Origin: Candidatus Firestoneibacteriota bacterium
GTDB lineage: Bacteria; Oederibacteriota; Muellerivitia; Muellerivitales; Muellerivitaceae
Direction of reading: 5' to 3'
Assembly: GCA_013286205.1 (NCBI GenBank)
Contig: JABDGD010000006.1
Coordinates: 13,944 to 77,943, forward strand
DNA: 64,000 bases
Position 1 is the stretch's first letter; every line of letters starts with the position of its first letter. The position numbers and the translations under genes were made by a program. Shown here in pieces: positions 27,470 through 37,825 of the stretch. A model generated the notes under the pieces. It saw only the letters and a list, made by a program, of their open reading frames with translations, was not told the origin of the DNA and ran no database searches.

Positions 27470-28633
27470 ATGGATTTAGCCGAACGTATGAAATTGATTA
27501 CTCCGTCAATGACTTTGGCGATTGACGCCAAGGCCAAGAAACTCAAAGACGAAGGCCAAGATATTCTCAACTTTGGTGTGGGTGAACCGGATTTCAACAC
27601 CCCCCAAGTGATCTGCGACGCGGCGAAAAAGGCCATCGATGAAGGCCACCATAAGTACACGCCAGCCGCTGGAACACTGGAGTTGCGTAAGGCTATCGGC
27701 GGTTATTTGACCCGCGAATATAAAGTCACTTACGAACCGGCTGACATCGTGGTTTCGGGAGGCGCGAAACATTCCTTATATAACGCGTTCTTAGCCTTGG
27801 TGAACCCGGGCGATGAAGTGCTGATTCCTTCTCCTTTTTGGGTATCTTATCCCGAGCAGGTAAAGTTCGCGGGCGGGGTGCCGGTTTATGTGGACTGCCC
27901 TGAATCCGCTGAATTTAAACTGACCCCTGAAGCTTTGGCGGCCAAAATTACGCCGAAGACAAAGGTTTTGATTCTTAATTCACCCAGCAACCCCACTGGA
28001 GCTGTGGTGGGACGCAAAGCCATGGAAGGCATTGCTGAACTGATTTTGAAACATAAAATCTGGGTCATCTCGGATGAAATTTACAGCAAGCTGATTTACG
28101 GGGAAGAGCATGTTTGTTTCCCGGCACTGTCCAAAGAAGTGGCTGCTCAGACCATTCTGATTAACGGAATGTCGAAAGCTTTCGCCATGACGGGTTGGCG
28201 CATTGGCTACGCGGCGGGCCCTTCGAAAATCATGAAGGCCATCGCGGACTTCCAAAGCCATTCGACTTCCAACCCCACCGCGGTTGCTCAAAAGGCTTCA
28301 GTGGCCGGTTTGGCCATGCCGGATTCTGAAATTCAAAAGATGGTCGATGTGTTTAAAACCCGCCGGGACATCATTGTGGATGGCTTAAACGCTATCCCGG
28401 GCGTGAAGTGCTTAAAGCCCGCTGGTGCTTTTTATGTGTTCCCGAATGTGAAGGGCCTGCTCAAGCCGGGCCGAGCCACTTCTATGGAACTTTCAGAATA
28501 CTTGTTGGATAAGGCCAAGGTGGCCATCACGCCCGGTATCGCTTTTGGTGCCGAAGGCTATTTGCGTATTTCTTACGCTACCAGTGAAAAGAATATTCTT
28601 GAAGGTTTGAAGCGTATCAAAGAAGTGATTTAA
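27470..28633 (+). CDS. Aspartate aminotransferase (class Ib type)
   Basis: GVGEPDFNTP, NSPSNPTGAV, and SKAFAMTGWRIGY with the PLP lysine. Overall AspB-like layout. Confidence 0.85.
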   Translation: MDLAERMKLITPSMTLAIDAKAKKLKDEGQDILNFGVGEPDFNTPQVICDAAKKAIDEGHHKYTPAAGTLELRKAIGGYLTREYKVTYEPADIVVSGGAKHSLYNAFLALVNPGDEVLIPSPFWVSYPEQVKFAGGVPVYVDCPESAEFKLTPEALAAKITPKTKVLILNSPSNPTGAVVGRKAMEGIAELILKHKIWVISDEIYSKLIYGEEHVCFPALSKEVAAQTILINGMSKAFAMTGWRIGYAAGPSKIMKAIADFQSHSTSNPTAVAQKASVAGLAMPDSEIQKMVDVFKTRRDIIVDGLNAIPGVKCLKPAGAFYVFPNVKGLLKPGRATSMELSEYLLDKAKVAITPGIAFGAEGYLRISYATSEKNILEGLKRIKEVI

Positions 28634-28640
28634 AGCAGAC

Positions 28641-29780
28641 GTGAACGCGAAGAACTGGCTTCACGACGCTGGAATCAAAAAAGTTGTGTTTCTTACCGTT
28701 TTTTTAAAACTAATGGCTCTGACCGTGATCGCGGTCGGAGCTATTTTTTTGCCATTCAACAGCTCGAACTACTTTGCGAATTTTCATTATCCGACCTTTC
28801 AAGCGCCTGATTTTTTCACCCGATTTGCCACATGGGACGCACCGCATTATTTATACCTGGCGGATTTTGGGTACAAACCCAACCTGTTAAGTAATGCCTT
28901 TTTTCCGTTGTTTCCCTGGTTGATTCGTGGGGTTGGGTTTCTTTTTTTTGGCCATCATTTGTTGGTGGGGTTGGTTCTGTCGAATCTTTTGACGGTGTTG
29001 GCCATGGTCTTTGTCTATTCGGTGGTTCGAGAGCTTTATGACGAGTCGGTGGCGCTTAAAAGCTGCCTTCTTCTTTTAGTTTTCCCCACAGGGTTCTTTT
29101 TGGGCCTGATTTATTCGGATGCTTTGTTCTTAATGCTGGCGGCAGGTCTCTTTTACTTTGAAATGAAAAACTATAGGTGGCCATTTTTGCTTTTTGCTTT
29201 TTTACTGCCATTGTCCCGCGCGATCGGTATTTTGGTGATGGCGGCGGTTCTTTTTAAAATACTGATGGATGATGACAAAGGCAGATTCAAAAAGACAGGG
29301 GAATTGGTGCTTTGTTCTTTGCTAGGGTTAGGTTTCTATTTCTTTGTCATGGAAGTGATGACGGGAAATCCCTTTTCGGGTTTTGAGGCACAAAGTTATT
29401 ACCACATGAGTAAGTCTATTTCGACTTTGTTTCATCCGCTCGATTGGTTTATGAATAATTTTGTTCGTATCCACTTGAGCTTCAACCAGCCTTTTACTGG
29501 CGCTTTGGACCGGATTTGCTTTTTGTTTTATCTGGCGCTGGCGGCGGTTTCCTGGCGGTTGCTGCCGAATCATTTATGGGTTTATGTTTTGGTGGTGGGT
29601 CTTGTTTCGGGTCTTTCCGGCGATCTGACCTCCTTCATGCGCTACTTCATTGTTCTTTTTCCCCTATTTGTGACAATGGCCATTCGACTCAAGTCTTATT
29701 TTTGGTATGTGGTGGGCGCCTGCTTCATTGTTCAGGTTCTATTTGTTCTTTTGTACTCGCTAAATGACTGGGTTGCCTGA
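28641..29780 (+). CDS. Polytopic membrane protein, PIG-V-like mannosyltransferase family
   Basis: FATWDAPHYLYLADFGY motif plus about 9 predicted TM helices. GTG start. Confidence 0.6.
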   Translation: MNAKNWLHDAGIKKVVFLTVFLKLMALTVIAVGAIFLPFNSSNYFANFHYPTFQAPDFFTRFATWDAPHYLYLADFGYKPNLLSNAFFPLFPWLIRGVGFLFFGHHLLVGLVLSNLLTVLAMVFVYSVVRELYDESVALKSCLLLLVFPTGFFLGLIYSDALFLMLAAGLFYFEMKNYRWPFLLFAFLLPLSRAIGILVMAAVLFKILMDDDKGRFKKTGELVLCSLLGLGFYFFVMEVMTGNPFSGFEAQSYYHMSKSISTLFHPLDWFMNNFVRIHLSFNQPFTGALDRICFLFYLALAAVSWRLLPNHLWVYVLVVGLVSGLSGDLTSFMRYFIVLFPLFVTMAIRLKSYFWYVVGACFIVQVLFVLLYSLNDWVA

Positions 29781-29863
29781 CAATACCCAGTGTTTTTGCG
29801 TTCAAAATAAGGCCTTTTTCTTGAATCCGCCCAGCCTTTCCGATAATCTATGACCTCTTAAAT

Positions 29864-29892
29864 GCCCCGTCCTTATGCGACGGGGCTTTTTT
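29864..29892 (+). terminator. Intrinsic terminator
   Basis: 8-bp GC-rich stem GCCCCGTC / GACGGGGC, 7-nt loop, then T6. Confidence 0.75.
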
Positions 29893-29952
29893 GCTATTAA
29901 GACAAAAAGAACTAATGGTTATTCAAATTCGAACTTTCTATGGGAGAAAGTG

Positions 29953-31275
29953 ATGCCTGACAACAAATCTGTAATTCAAATCGGAATGATTGGTTTCGGC
30001 AACGTGGGCCAAGGCGTTTACCGCCTTTTGGAGAAGAATCGTTCGCTGATCGAGTCAAAAGTCGGCGCTCAAATGCGCATCAAACGTATCATGGTGCGTG
30101 ATTTAACTAAGGCGCGCGAAGTAACCGTGCCTGAAGGCATGCTCACCACTAACTTTGACGACATTTTAAATGACCCGGAGATCGACATTGTGCTCGAACT
30201 GATGGGGGGGTATGAACCCACGCGTTCTTATCTTTTGGCCGCGATGAAAAAGGAAAAGCATATCGTGACGGCGAACAAGGCCGTTCTTTCCATGCATTGG
30301 GATGAAATTATCCAGACGGCTCGTCAGCATAAAGTTGACATTTACTTTGAAGCGGCGGTTTGCGGCGGAATCCCAGTGGTTCAGGCGATCAATGACGGGT
30401 TAGCGGCCAATAACATCATGTCCATTTACGGCATTGTGAACGGAACCACTAATTTCATCCTTCAAAAGATGACCGAAGAAAAGAAGTCTTATAAAGAAGC
30501 TCTTCAAATGGCGCAGAAGAAGGGTTTGGCTGAGGCGGATCCGACATTGGATATCAATGGTATGGACGCGGCCCACAAGCTGGCAATCTTGAGTTCTTTA
30601 GCCTTTTCGAAACGGGTCAAAGTTGAGGATATCTATGTTGAGGGAATTGACCGTATTACGGTTCAAGACATTGAATTCGCTAAAGAAGAATTTGGCATGG
30701 TGGTTAAACTTTTCGCCATCGCTGAAGTGGAAGGGGACGAATTAGAAGTGCGCGTCCACCCCACCTTGATTCCTCAAGACCATTTGCTGGCCAAAGTGGA
30801 CGGCGAATATAACGGCGTGCTGGTCACTGGCGATTTTGTGGGAACGACGATGTATTACGGCTTGGGCGCTGGCAACAAACCAACCGCCTCGGCTGTCATG
30901 AGCGATCTCATATATGTTGGCCGCAGCGTTCACGACAATGTGGCCGGTGAAATTTCAAACTGCTGGTTCCTGAATGATAACCCGCAGATTAAACGCATCA
31001 AGAAAATGGGGGACATTAAGTCCCGCTACTTCCTGAAATTCTCTGTGCTCGATCAGGCGGGCGTGTTATCCGCTATTTCCCGCATCTTGGGCGAACACCG
31101 GATCTCAATCGCTTCGGTTATTCAGAAAGAACAGAAAAAGGGCGACAAGGTGCCGGTTGTTATCGTGACTTACGAAGCAAAAGAAGAAGACGTACAGGAA
31201 GCCCTAAAGAAAATTAACGGCCTGCCCTTTGTGCAGGAAGAAACACTTTTAATCCGTATGGATCGAGGCGAATAG
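29953..31275 (+). CDS. hom: Homoserine dehydrogenase
   Basis: IGMIGFGNVGQGV NAD(P) site, ANKA, FEAAVCGGIP, GIVNGTTNFIL, and a C-terminal ACT domain. Start moved to ATG 29953 (GGGAGAAAG Shine-Dalgarno). Confidence 0.92.
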   Translation: MPDNKSVIQIGMIGFGNVGQGVYRLLEKNRSLIESKVGAQMRIKRIMVRDLTKAREVTVPEGMLTTNFDDILNDPEIDIVLELMGGYEPTRSYLLAAMKKEKHIVTANKAVLSMHWDEIIQTARQHKVDIYFEAAVCGGIPVVQAINDGLAANNIMSIYGIVNGTTNFILQKMTEEKKSYKEALQMAQKKGLAEADPTLDINGMDAAHKLAILSSLAFSKRVKVEDIYVEGIDRITVQDIEFAKEEFGMVVKLFAIAEVEGDELEVRVHPTLIPQDHLLAKVDGEYNGVLVTGDFVGTTMYYGLGAGNKPTASAVMSDLIYVGRSVHDNVAGEISNCWFLNDNPQIKRIKKMGDIKSRYFLKFSVLDQAGVLSAISRILGEHRISIASVIQKEQKKGDKVPVVIVTYEAKEEDVQEALKKINGLPFVQEETLLIRMDRGE

Positions 31276-32337
31276 ATGGCTTACTGGAAGGGTGTTATTG
31301 AAGAATATCGCTCCTATTTACCGGTCTCGGAAAAGACACCGGTTATAACCTTAAAAGAAGGTGATACGCCGCTGATCTATGGGCCGAACATCTCGAAAAA
31401 GCTAGGCAATGACCTGAAACTTTATTTTAAGTTTGAGGGTTTAAACCCAACTGGTTCCTTTAAAGATCGCGGCATGACGATGGCCATGTCGAAGGCAATG
31501 GAAGACGGCGCCAAAGTGGTAGTGTGCGCTTCGACTGGTAACACTTCAGCCGCCGCTGCCGCTTATGCGGCACATGCTGGCATCTCTTGTGCGGTGTTTT
31601 TACCGCATGGTTCAATCGCGTTGGGCAAGATGGCTCAGTCTCTTATATATGGGGCGAAAGTGATCGCGGTAGAGGGCAGCTTTGATAAGGCTTTAACGCT
31701 TACTCGCGAACTGGCGGATAAATATCCGGTTACTATGGTGAACTCCAATAACCCTTACCGTATTGAAGGTCAAAAGACCGCGGCGTTTGAAATTGTGGAT
31801 ACGATTGGAGACGCGCCGGAATATCACGCTATCCCTGTGGGGAATGCCGGCAACATTACGGCCTATTGGAAGGGCTATAAGGAATATCACGCTAAGGGCT
31901 TGTCGAAACAATTGCCCAAGATGTGCGGATTCCAAGCGGCTGGTTCGGCTCCGATTGTATTGGGCAAAATAGTTGAAGACCCGAAGACCATTGCCACCGC
32001 GATTAAGATTGGTAATCCCTATTCATGGAGAACGGCTGAAGCGGCCCGAGATGAATCCAAAGGCGTTATCGAAGCGGTGACGGATGAGGAAATTTTAGAA
32101 GCTTACCAACTGTTGGCCTCGACCGAGGGCATTTTTTGCGAACCCGCCTCGGCGGCTTCTTTGGCCGGTGTGATTAAGAAGAATAAACAGAATTACTTTG
32201 TGGATGGTCAAAGACGGGTGGTTTGTACCTTGACTGGCCACGGTTTGAAAGATCCGGATCGCGCGGTGGAACGCTGCCCGAAGCCGAGCGTGGTGAAGCC
32301 TGAGCTGGGCGAGATTTTAAAAGTTTTAAACCTTTAG
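31276..32337 (+). CDS. thrC: Threonine synthase (canonical, 353 aa)
   Basis: LKEGDTPL, NPTGSFKDRGMT PLP-lysine motif, ASTGNTSA. Located directly after hom. Confidence 0.92.
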   Translation: MAYWKGVIEEYRSYLPVSEKTPVITLKEGDTPLIYGPNISKKLGNDLKLYFKFEGLNPTGSFKDRGMTMAMSKAMEDGAKVVVCASTGNTSAAAAAYAAHAGISCAVFLPHGSIALGKMAQSLIYGAKVIAVEGSFDKALTLTRELADKYPVTMVNSNNPYRIEGQKTAAFEIVDTIGDAPEYHAIPVGNAGNITAYWKGYKEYHAKGLSKQLPKMCGFQAAGSAPIVLGKIVEDPKTIATAIKIGNPYSWRTAEAARDESKGVIEAVTDEEILEAYQLLASTEGIFCEPASAASLAGVIKKNKQNYFVDGQRRVVCTLTGHGLKDPDRAVERCPKPSVVKPELGEILKVLNL

Positions 32338-32353
32338 GATAAAAGGAAAAACG

Positions 32354-33589
32354 ATGGCATTGATTGTTCAAAAATTTGGCGGTTCCTCCGTGGCTGACGC
32401 TTCCAAAATGCTGGAAGTGGCGCGCCGTATTGCCAAAAACCGAAAAGCGGGCAATGACGTGGTGGTGGTCGTTTCCGCTCCGGGTGATACGACTGATGAT
32501 TTGATCGCCATGGCTCAAAAGATTACCGATGAGCCTGATGATCGTGAAATGGACGTTTTGCTGGCGACAGGTGAACAACAGGCGATCGCTTTATTGGCTA
32601 TCGCGCTGAAAAGTTTGGATTGTGACGCCATCTCTTTCACCGGCCCTCAGGCGGGGATTGTGACTGATGACGTTCATACAAAAGCCCGAATCGTGAAGAT
32701 GGGTGATTCAAAGATCCGTGGGGCCTTGAAACTAGGCAAAGTGGTAATCGTGGCTGGATTCCAGGGTATGAATAAAGACCAGGAAATCACCACGCTAGGC
32801 CGGGGCGGCAGCGATCTGACAGCGGTAGCCATCGCGGCGGCTTTGGGAGCTGATGTTTGTGAGTTCTATAAAGACGTGGACGGCGTTTTCACCGCGAATC
32901 CAAATATTGTGAAAAACGCCCGTAAGATTAACGCGATCAGCTATGACGAAATGCTGGAAATGGCCAGCGCGGGGGCCCAGGTACTTAACGCCCGCTCGGT
33001 GGAATTCGCCAAGAATTTTGGAATCAAGATTCACGTCCGGCCGACATTTAACGAAAAAGAAGGGACTTACGTTATGCAAGAAACTAAAGCGATGGAAAAA
33101 GAAGTCATCAGCGGGGTGACTTACAACAAAGACGAGGCGAAGGTGACTGTTCGGGGCGTTCCGGACCGGCCTGGCGTGGCTTCCATTCTTTTTTCTAAAC
33201 TGGCCAAGGTGGGCTTGAATGTAGACATGATCATTCAGAATATCGGGGAGAAGGGCCATTCAGACGTTTCGTTTACGGTGAACCGTAGCGAGTTGAAGAA
33301 AACCATGAAAGTGGTGAATGAGGCGGCGAAAACTTTAAAGCCGGCCGGCGTTATTTCGGACGAGAATATCGCTAAAGTTTCCGTGGTGGGCGTGGGCATG
33401 AAATCCCATTCAGGTGTGGCGGCCAAGATGTTTCAAGCTTTGGCTGAAACGGGCGTGAATATTTTGATGATTTCGACCTCGGAAATTAAAATTTCAGTAG
33501 TGATTAATGAAAAGGACGTGGCCAAAGCGGTCGCGGCGATTCACGATAAGTTTAAGCTGGGAAAAAAGGCGGCGAATGAGCGTGGATAA
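32354..33589 (+). CDS. lysC: Aspartate kinase
   Basis: MALIVQKFGGSSV, GRGGSDLTA, and two C-terminal ACT domains. Confidence 0.93.
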   Translation: MALIVQKFGGSSVADASKMLEVARRIAKNRKAGNDVVVVVSAPGDTTDDLIAMAQKITDEPDDREMDVLLATGEQQAIALLAIALKSLDCDAISFTGPQAGIVTDDVHTKARIVKMGDSKIRGALKLGKVVIVAGFQGMNKDQEITTLGRGGSDLTAVAIAAALGADVCEFYKDVDGVFTANPNIVKNARKINAISYDEMLEMASAGAQVLNARSVEFAKNFGIKIHVRPTFNEKEGTYVMQETKAMEKEVISGVTYNKDEAKVTVRGVPDRPGVASILFSKLAKVGLNVDMIIQNIGEKGHSDVSFTVNRSELKKTMKVVNEAAKTLKPAGVISDENIAKVSVVGVGMKSHSGVAAKMFQALAETGVNILMISTSEIKISVVINEKDVAKAVAAIHDKFKLGKKAANERG

Positions 33590-35186
33590 AAAGTTAGTCC
33601 TCTATGACGCGTTATTAAGAGAAGGGCCTCAGACCGAGGGTATCAATTTGTCCGTGAAGGACAAATTAAACCTTTTGGAACTGCTCGATAGCCTGGGCCT
33701 TCATTACATTGAAGGCGGCTGGCCCGGCGCCAATCCTAAAGACACCGCGTTTTTCCAAGAAGCCCGCAAAATGAAAATCAAAGCCAAGCTCTCGGCTTTT
33801 GGGATGACCCGCCGCGTGCGTCAAAAGGCGCATGAAGACGTTAATCTGCTCAATCTGGTTTCGGCTAAGACCTCAACCATAACGGTAGTAGGCAAGTCCT
33901 CTGACATGCAGGTCACTAAAACTCTGGGCATCTCGCTCGAGCAGAATCTTGAGATCATTTACGATTCCATCAAGTTCCTTAAGTCCAAGACGGATGAGGT
34001 TTTTTACGACGCGGAGCATTTCTTTGACGGCTATAAGGAAAATCCCGAGTTTACCCTGAAGTGTCTGGAAGCCGCCTTGCATGGCGGGGCCGACGTTTTA
34101 GTCTTGTGCGATACCAATGGCGGTTCTTTGCCGGAAGATATTGAGGCGGTAGTGACTCGCGTCACCCAGCGTTTTCCTGGCGTGATGTTGGGCATTCATG
34201 CTCATAACGACTCAGATTTAGCGGTGGCTAACAGCCTGGCCGCCCTTGAAGCGGGCGCTGTTCAGGTGCAGGGCTGCATCAATGGATATGGCGAAAGAGT
34301 GGGTAATACTAATCTGACTTCGGTCATTCCGAACTTGTTATTTAAAAAACAGGCTTCTTTTATCCGTCCCGTGCATGTGGAAAAGTTAACCGAGGTTTCA
34401 CGCCGGGTGGACGAAATATTGAACATGAAGCCCCGCGACAATGCACCTTACGTGGGCAAAAGCGCCTTTACTCATAAGGGCGGTATGCATATTTCGGCGG
34501 TCAATAAACTGAAGTCCTCTTATGAACATTTAGAGCCGGAAAAGGTCGGCAATCAGCGTAAAGTCATTTTGTCTGATCAAGCCGGTGTGGCCGCGGTGTT
34601 CAGTAAAGCGACTGCGGGCAAAATCAAACTCAATAAAGACACCCCTGAAGCCAAAGCCATTCTTGAAAAAGTAAAGCAAATGGAAAGCGAAGGTTATCAG
34701 TTTGAAAGCGCTGAAGCTTCCTTTGAAATCCTTTTGAAAAAAGCTTTGGGTCAACACCGTAATTTCTTCAATTTGGTCGGTTTCCGAGTCATTGTGGAAA
34801 ACCGCGGTGATGGAAAAATGGTCTCCGAGGCGACGATTAAATTGACCGTCAATGGTGTTGCTGAAAACACGGTGGGTGAAGGCGATGGCCCGGTGAACGC
34901 GCTGGATAACGCTTTGCGTAAAGCACTTACTAAATTTTATCCTTCACTAAAAGATGTCCGCTTGACTGACTACAAAGTCCGTGTTTTGGACGCAAAAGAT
35001 GGTACGGCGGCTAAAGTTCGAGTTTTGATTGAAAGCCAGGATGGCAAAGATTCATGGGGCACAGTCGGTGTTTCAGAAAACAGCATTGGCGCATCCTGGG
35101 ATGCTTTGGTCGATTCCATTGACTATAAATTGCTGAAGGATAGCGACCGTAAAGCGGGTAAATCAAAAAAAAGGTCCTCTCGTTGA
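33576..35186 (+). CDS. cimA: (R)-citramalate synthase / 2-isopropylmalate synthase family
   Basis: LYDALLREGPQTEG, IEGGWPGANPKD, HAHNDSDLAVANS, and a C-terminal LeuA-dimer-like regulatory domain. Start set to ATG 33576 (MSVDKKLVLYD), overlapping the lysC end by 14 nt. Confidence 0.8.
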   Translation: MSVDKKLVLYDALLREGPQTEGINLSVKDKLNLLELLDSLGLHYIEGGWPGANPKDTAFFQEARKMKIKAKLSAFGMTRRVRQKAHEDVNLLNLVSAKTSTITVVGKSSDMQVTKTLGISLEQNLEIIYDSIKFLKSKTDEVFYDAEHFFDGYKENPEFTLKCLEAALHGGADVLVLCDTNGGSLPEDIEAVVTRVTQRFPGVMLGIHAHNDSDLAVANSLAALEAGAVQVQGCINGYGERVGNTNLTSVIPNLLFKKQASFIRPVHVEKLTEVSRRVDEILNMKPRDNAPYVGKSAFTHKGGMHISAVNKLKSSYEHLEPEKVGNQRKVILSDQAGVAAVFSKATAGKIKLNKDTPEAKAILEKVKQMESEGYQFESAEASFEILLKKALGQHRNFFNLVGFRVIVENRGDGKMVSEATIKLTVNGVAENTVGEGDGPVNALDNALRKALTKFYPSLKDVRLTDYKVRVLDAKDGTAAKVRVLIESQDGKDSWGTVGVSENSIGASWDALVDSIDYKLLKDSDRKAGKSKKRSSR

Positions 35187-35986
35187 AGCACCGACCTATC
35201 GGCATTTTCGATTCAGGTTTAGGCGGGTTGACGGTAGTAAAGGCGATTCAAAAAGAATTGCCCAGAGAACGTTTGATTTATTTTGGCGATACAGCGCGTA
35301 TCCCATATGGCAACAAAAGCCCCGACACCATTATTCGATACTCCCGGCAGATTATTCGTTTTTTAATTTCGCGTGAAAAAGTAAAAGCGGTGGTGGTGGC
35401 CTGTAACACCTCGTCGGCCTGGGCCTTGGATGAGATGCGTAAAGAATTTAAAATCCCCATTTTGGGTGTGATTAAACCCGGCGCTTACGCTGCCATCGAA
35501 GTTACCCGCAACCGCCGCATCGGAGTTATTGGGACTGAGGGAACGGTTTTTTCGGGAGCCTATCCCCGGGAAATTCACAGACTCATGCCGAAGGCGAAAG
35601 TTTTTAGCCGTCCCTGTCCTTTATTTGTGCCGTTGGTAGAGGAAGGCAAAATAGCAGGCCCTGTCGCCGAAGCAGTGGTGAAAGAGTATTTGAAGCCGCT
35701 GCTTAAAGAGAAGGTAGATACCATTTTGCTGGGCTGCACCCATTACCCGCTTTTGAAGAAAACGATCCAAAAGGTGGCGGGCAAAAAAGTGAAGATTGTG
35801 GATTCGGCGGATGAAACCGCGAGAACACTTCATCGTAATCTTGAAATTTATGGCGTGGAATTGGCGGGTAACGGCGGTGGGAAGTATTACGTGAGCGATC
35901 TTTCCCGGAAATTCAAAGAACATGCCCAAAGATTTTTGGGCAAAAGCATTAACCGTGTTGAAAAAATCTTTATTGAGAAATATTGA
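35183..35986 (+). CDS. murI: Glutamate racemase
   Basis: IGIFDSGLGGLTV, VVACNTSS and LGCTHYPLL catalytic Cys motifs. TTGA overlap with cimA. Confidence 0.92.
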   Translation: MKHRPIGIFDSGLGGLTVVKAIQKELPRERLIYFGDTARIPYGNKSPDTIIRYSRQIIRFLISREKVKAVVVACNTSSAWALDEMRKEFKIPILGVIKPGAYAAIEVTRNRRIGVIGTEGTVFSGAYPREIHRLMPKAKVFSRPCPLFVPLVEEGKIAGPVAEAVVKEYLKPLLKEKVDTILLGCTHYPLLKKTIQKVAGKKVKIVDSADETARTLHRNLEIYGVELAGNGGGKYYVSDLSRKFKEHAQRFLGKSINRVEKIFIEKY

Positions 35987-35999
35987 GAGGGTGAAAAAT

Positions 36000-36731
36000 A
36001 TGGCTTACTTGCGTTCAACCGCTTTAGCTTTTTTAGTTTTGATAGGTCTTTGTTCCGTACCTTCCTGGGGGGCGGATGAAACCGCGACGATGCCTACTAA
36101 CTATGAGATGGTACAAGCTCCAACGGCTTACGTTTTGATGCATGGAGGATATGATTTAGTGACGCAAATGTATGAAAACGGCGGGCTCTTTTTAAGGGCT
36201 GATGTCGGCTTTAAAAACTTTTTTATGTTTGGGTTCTCGGCTAATGGCACCAATATGATTGGCCAGGGCACTATTCAAATTCAAACGCCGAAACTCTTTT
36301 TTAAATTCAAGATTTTAGATCAGTCGACAGCGCCCTTTGCTTTAGCTGTAGCCTGGGATGACCGGGGTTATGGAACCTTCTCCAATAATCGGTTTTATCC
36401 GGGTACGCAAAAGGGTTTTTATACCGTGATGAGCCGGGAGTATCCGGACTTGGGCTTTCTGCAGACCCATTTAGGGTTTAATTTGGTCGAATTTGATAAC
36501 TTTGACGCCAGCCAGGATCTGGGGGCGTTTTTAGGAACCTCTTTCGCCGTGGCCAAACCGTTGGTTTTTAACATAGAAGCGGATAAAATCTTTTCATCGC
36601 AATGGGCTTTTAACGCGAACTTTGTTTTCAATGTTGAGAACCCCTTGAGAGTCGGCTTGGATTTGGTCGACATTAACAATCCCAACCTCTTCGCCCGCAT
36701 TCTTCGCATTCAATACACTGGCTTCTTTTAA
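36000..36731 (+). CDS. Hypothetical outer-membrane beta-barrel-like protein
   Basis: Signal peptide MAYLRSTALAFLVLIGLCSVPSWG, alternating-hydrophobicity strands, and a C-terminal aromatic end (YTGFF). Start set to ATG 36000. Confidence 0.5.
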   Translation: MAYLRSTALAFLVLIGLCSVPSWGADETATMPTNYEMVQAPTAYVLMHGGYDLVTQMYENGGLFLRADVGFKNFFMFGFSANGTNMIGQGTIQIQTPKLFFKFKILDQSTAPFALAVAWDDRGYGTFSNNRFYPGTQKGFYTVMSREYPDLGFLQTHLGFNLVEFDNFDASQDLGAFLGTSFAVAKPLVFNIEADKIFSSQWAFNANFVFNVENPLRVGLDLVDINNPNLFARILRIQYTGFF

Positions 36732-36769
36732 CTGAAATTACTATTAATTAAAAAACTTAAGGACGACTT

Positions 36770-37291
36770 GTGATTAAGAAAATACTGGCGCTCTCTTTAC
36801 TGGTCATGGTTCTGATTGGATGCGGCTCTTCGCAAAACGGAATGAATTTAATTCCCAAGGGTGATCGTGTCGCGGCGATCGAGATTGACGCTAATTTTTT
36901 AAATTCCTCTAATCTGAATTTGTCCAAACTAAAAGGGGAAGTGGTTGTCCTGGATTTTTGGGCCACGTGGTGCGGGCCCTGCCGTATGGAAATACCAGGT
37001 TTTGTGAAGCTCTATCCGCTGTATCACCCCCAGGGTTTGGAAATTGTTGGACTGACTGTGGAAGCTCCCAGCAGTCAACCAAAAGGGTATTTCAGGGACT
37101 TTGTGAAAAGTTTCGCTATTAATTACCCCATTGGGTTTGCCAGCGAAAAGACGTCCCAGGCTTATGGGATTCAATCTATTCCGGCGACCTATTTCATTGA
37201 TAAAACAGGGAAAGTAGCCATGGTTTTTGTCGGCACCAAATCCGAGGATGATATTAAAGGGGTTATTGAAAAATTGTTAGCCGAACAATAG
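36770..37291 (+). CDS. TlpA/ResA-like periplasmic thiol:disulfide oxidoreductase (lipoprotein)
   Basis: Lipobox LIGCGS and the thioredoxin motif FWATWCGPC. Confidence 0.85.
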   Translation: MIKKILALSLLVMVLIGCGSSQNGMNLIPKGDRVAAIEIDANFLNSSNLNLSKLKGEVVVLDFWATWCGPCRMEIPGFVKLYPLYHPQGLEIVGLTVEAPSSQPKGYFRDFVKSFAINYPIGFASEKTSQAYGIQSIPATYFIDKTGKVAMVFVGTKSEDDIKGVIEKLLAEQ

Positions 37292-37362
37292 TGTTTGGCA
37301 GGTAAGTTGTTCCTTTGGTTTGTTTGACGATATAATTAAGAAAAGAAACGCGGAGGTGTGCC

Positions 37363-37797
37363 ATGGGTCTATCGACAGATGCGGACGTCCGTGAAGGGTT
37401 TTTAGAGCTTTATCGGGATCTTTTTTCACACGTTTCTTACTTGGAAACGGTCATTGAAGGAATGATTCATGGACAGCGGGTAGATCGGGTTACGCTGGAA
37501 AACCACCTTACCCAAATGATCGCTTCTATTTCGGTGAACTTGAAAAAATACAATGTTCCCAAACTGCCGAAGCGTCCTCGGCGTAATCATCCAGATTATT
37601 TCCGCTATGAAATGATCCGCGTGACTAAGGTCATCAAGGGTCAATTGGCTGTGTTGTTAAAGACGTCGTTTTTGGTTGAAACGGGCAAAGAAGAGGATGA
37701 CTATCTGCAAACTTTGAGCGACGCGATTGATAACGTCGCGGGGGCTTTTCAACATGTAGTGCGTTCGAATGTTTTAATGCCGGTAATGTTAAATTAA
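37363..37797 (+). CDS. Hypothetical protein
   Basis: 144-aa ORF with a GGAGG Shine-Dalgarno. No recognised domain. Confidence 0.45.
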   Translation: MGLSTDADVREGFLELYRDLFSHVSYLETVIEGMIHGQRVDRVTLENHLTQMIASISVNLKKYNVPKLPKRPRRNHPDYFRYEMIRVTKVIKGQLAVLLKTSFLVETGKEEDDYLQTLSDAIDNVAGAFQHVVRSNVLMPVMLN

Positions 37798-37825
37798 TTT
37801 TTGACCGGATGAGGAATTGGAGTCC

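Noticed and set aside
33507-33575. Track-predicted 5' extensions of several genes: cimA 33507, hom 29875, outer-membrane protein 35922, sulfur carrier 40312, mreD 21225, HEAT-like 51735, DUF192 12860 and TPR 12835
   Set aside because: The extensions overlap the preceding gene or lack ribosome-binding sites. Internal ATGs with Shine-Dalgarno sequences give N-termini that match the family or a proper signal peptide.
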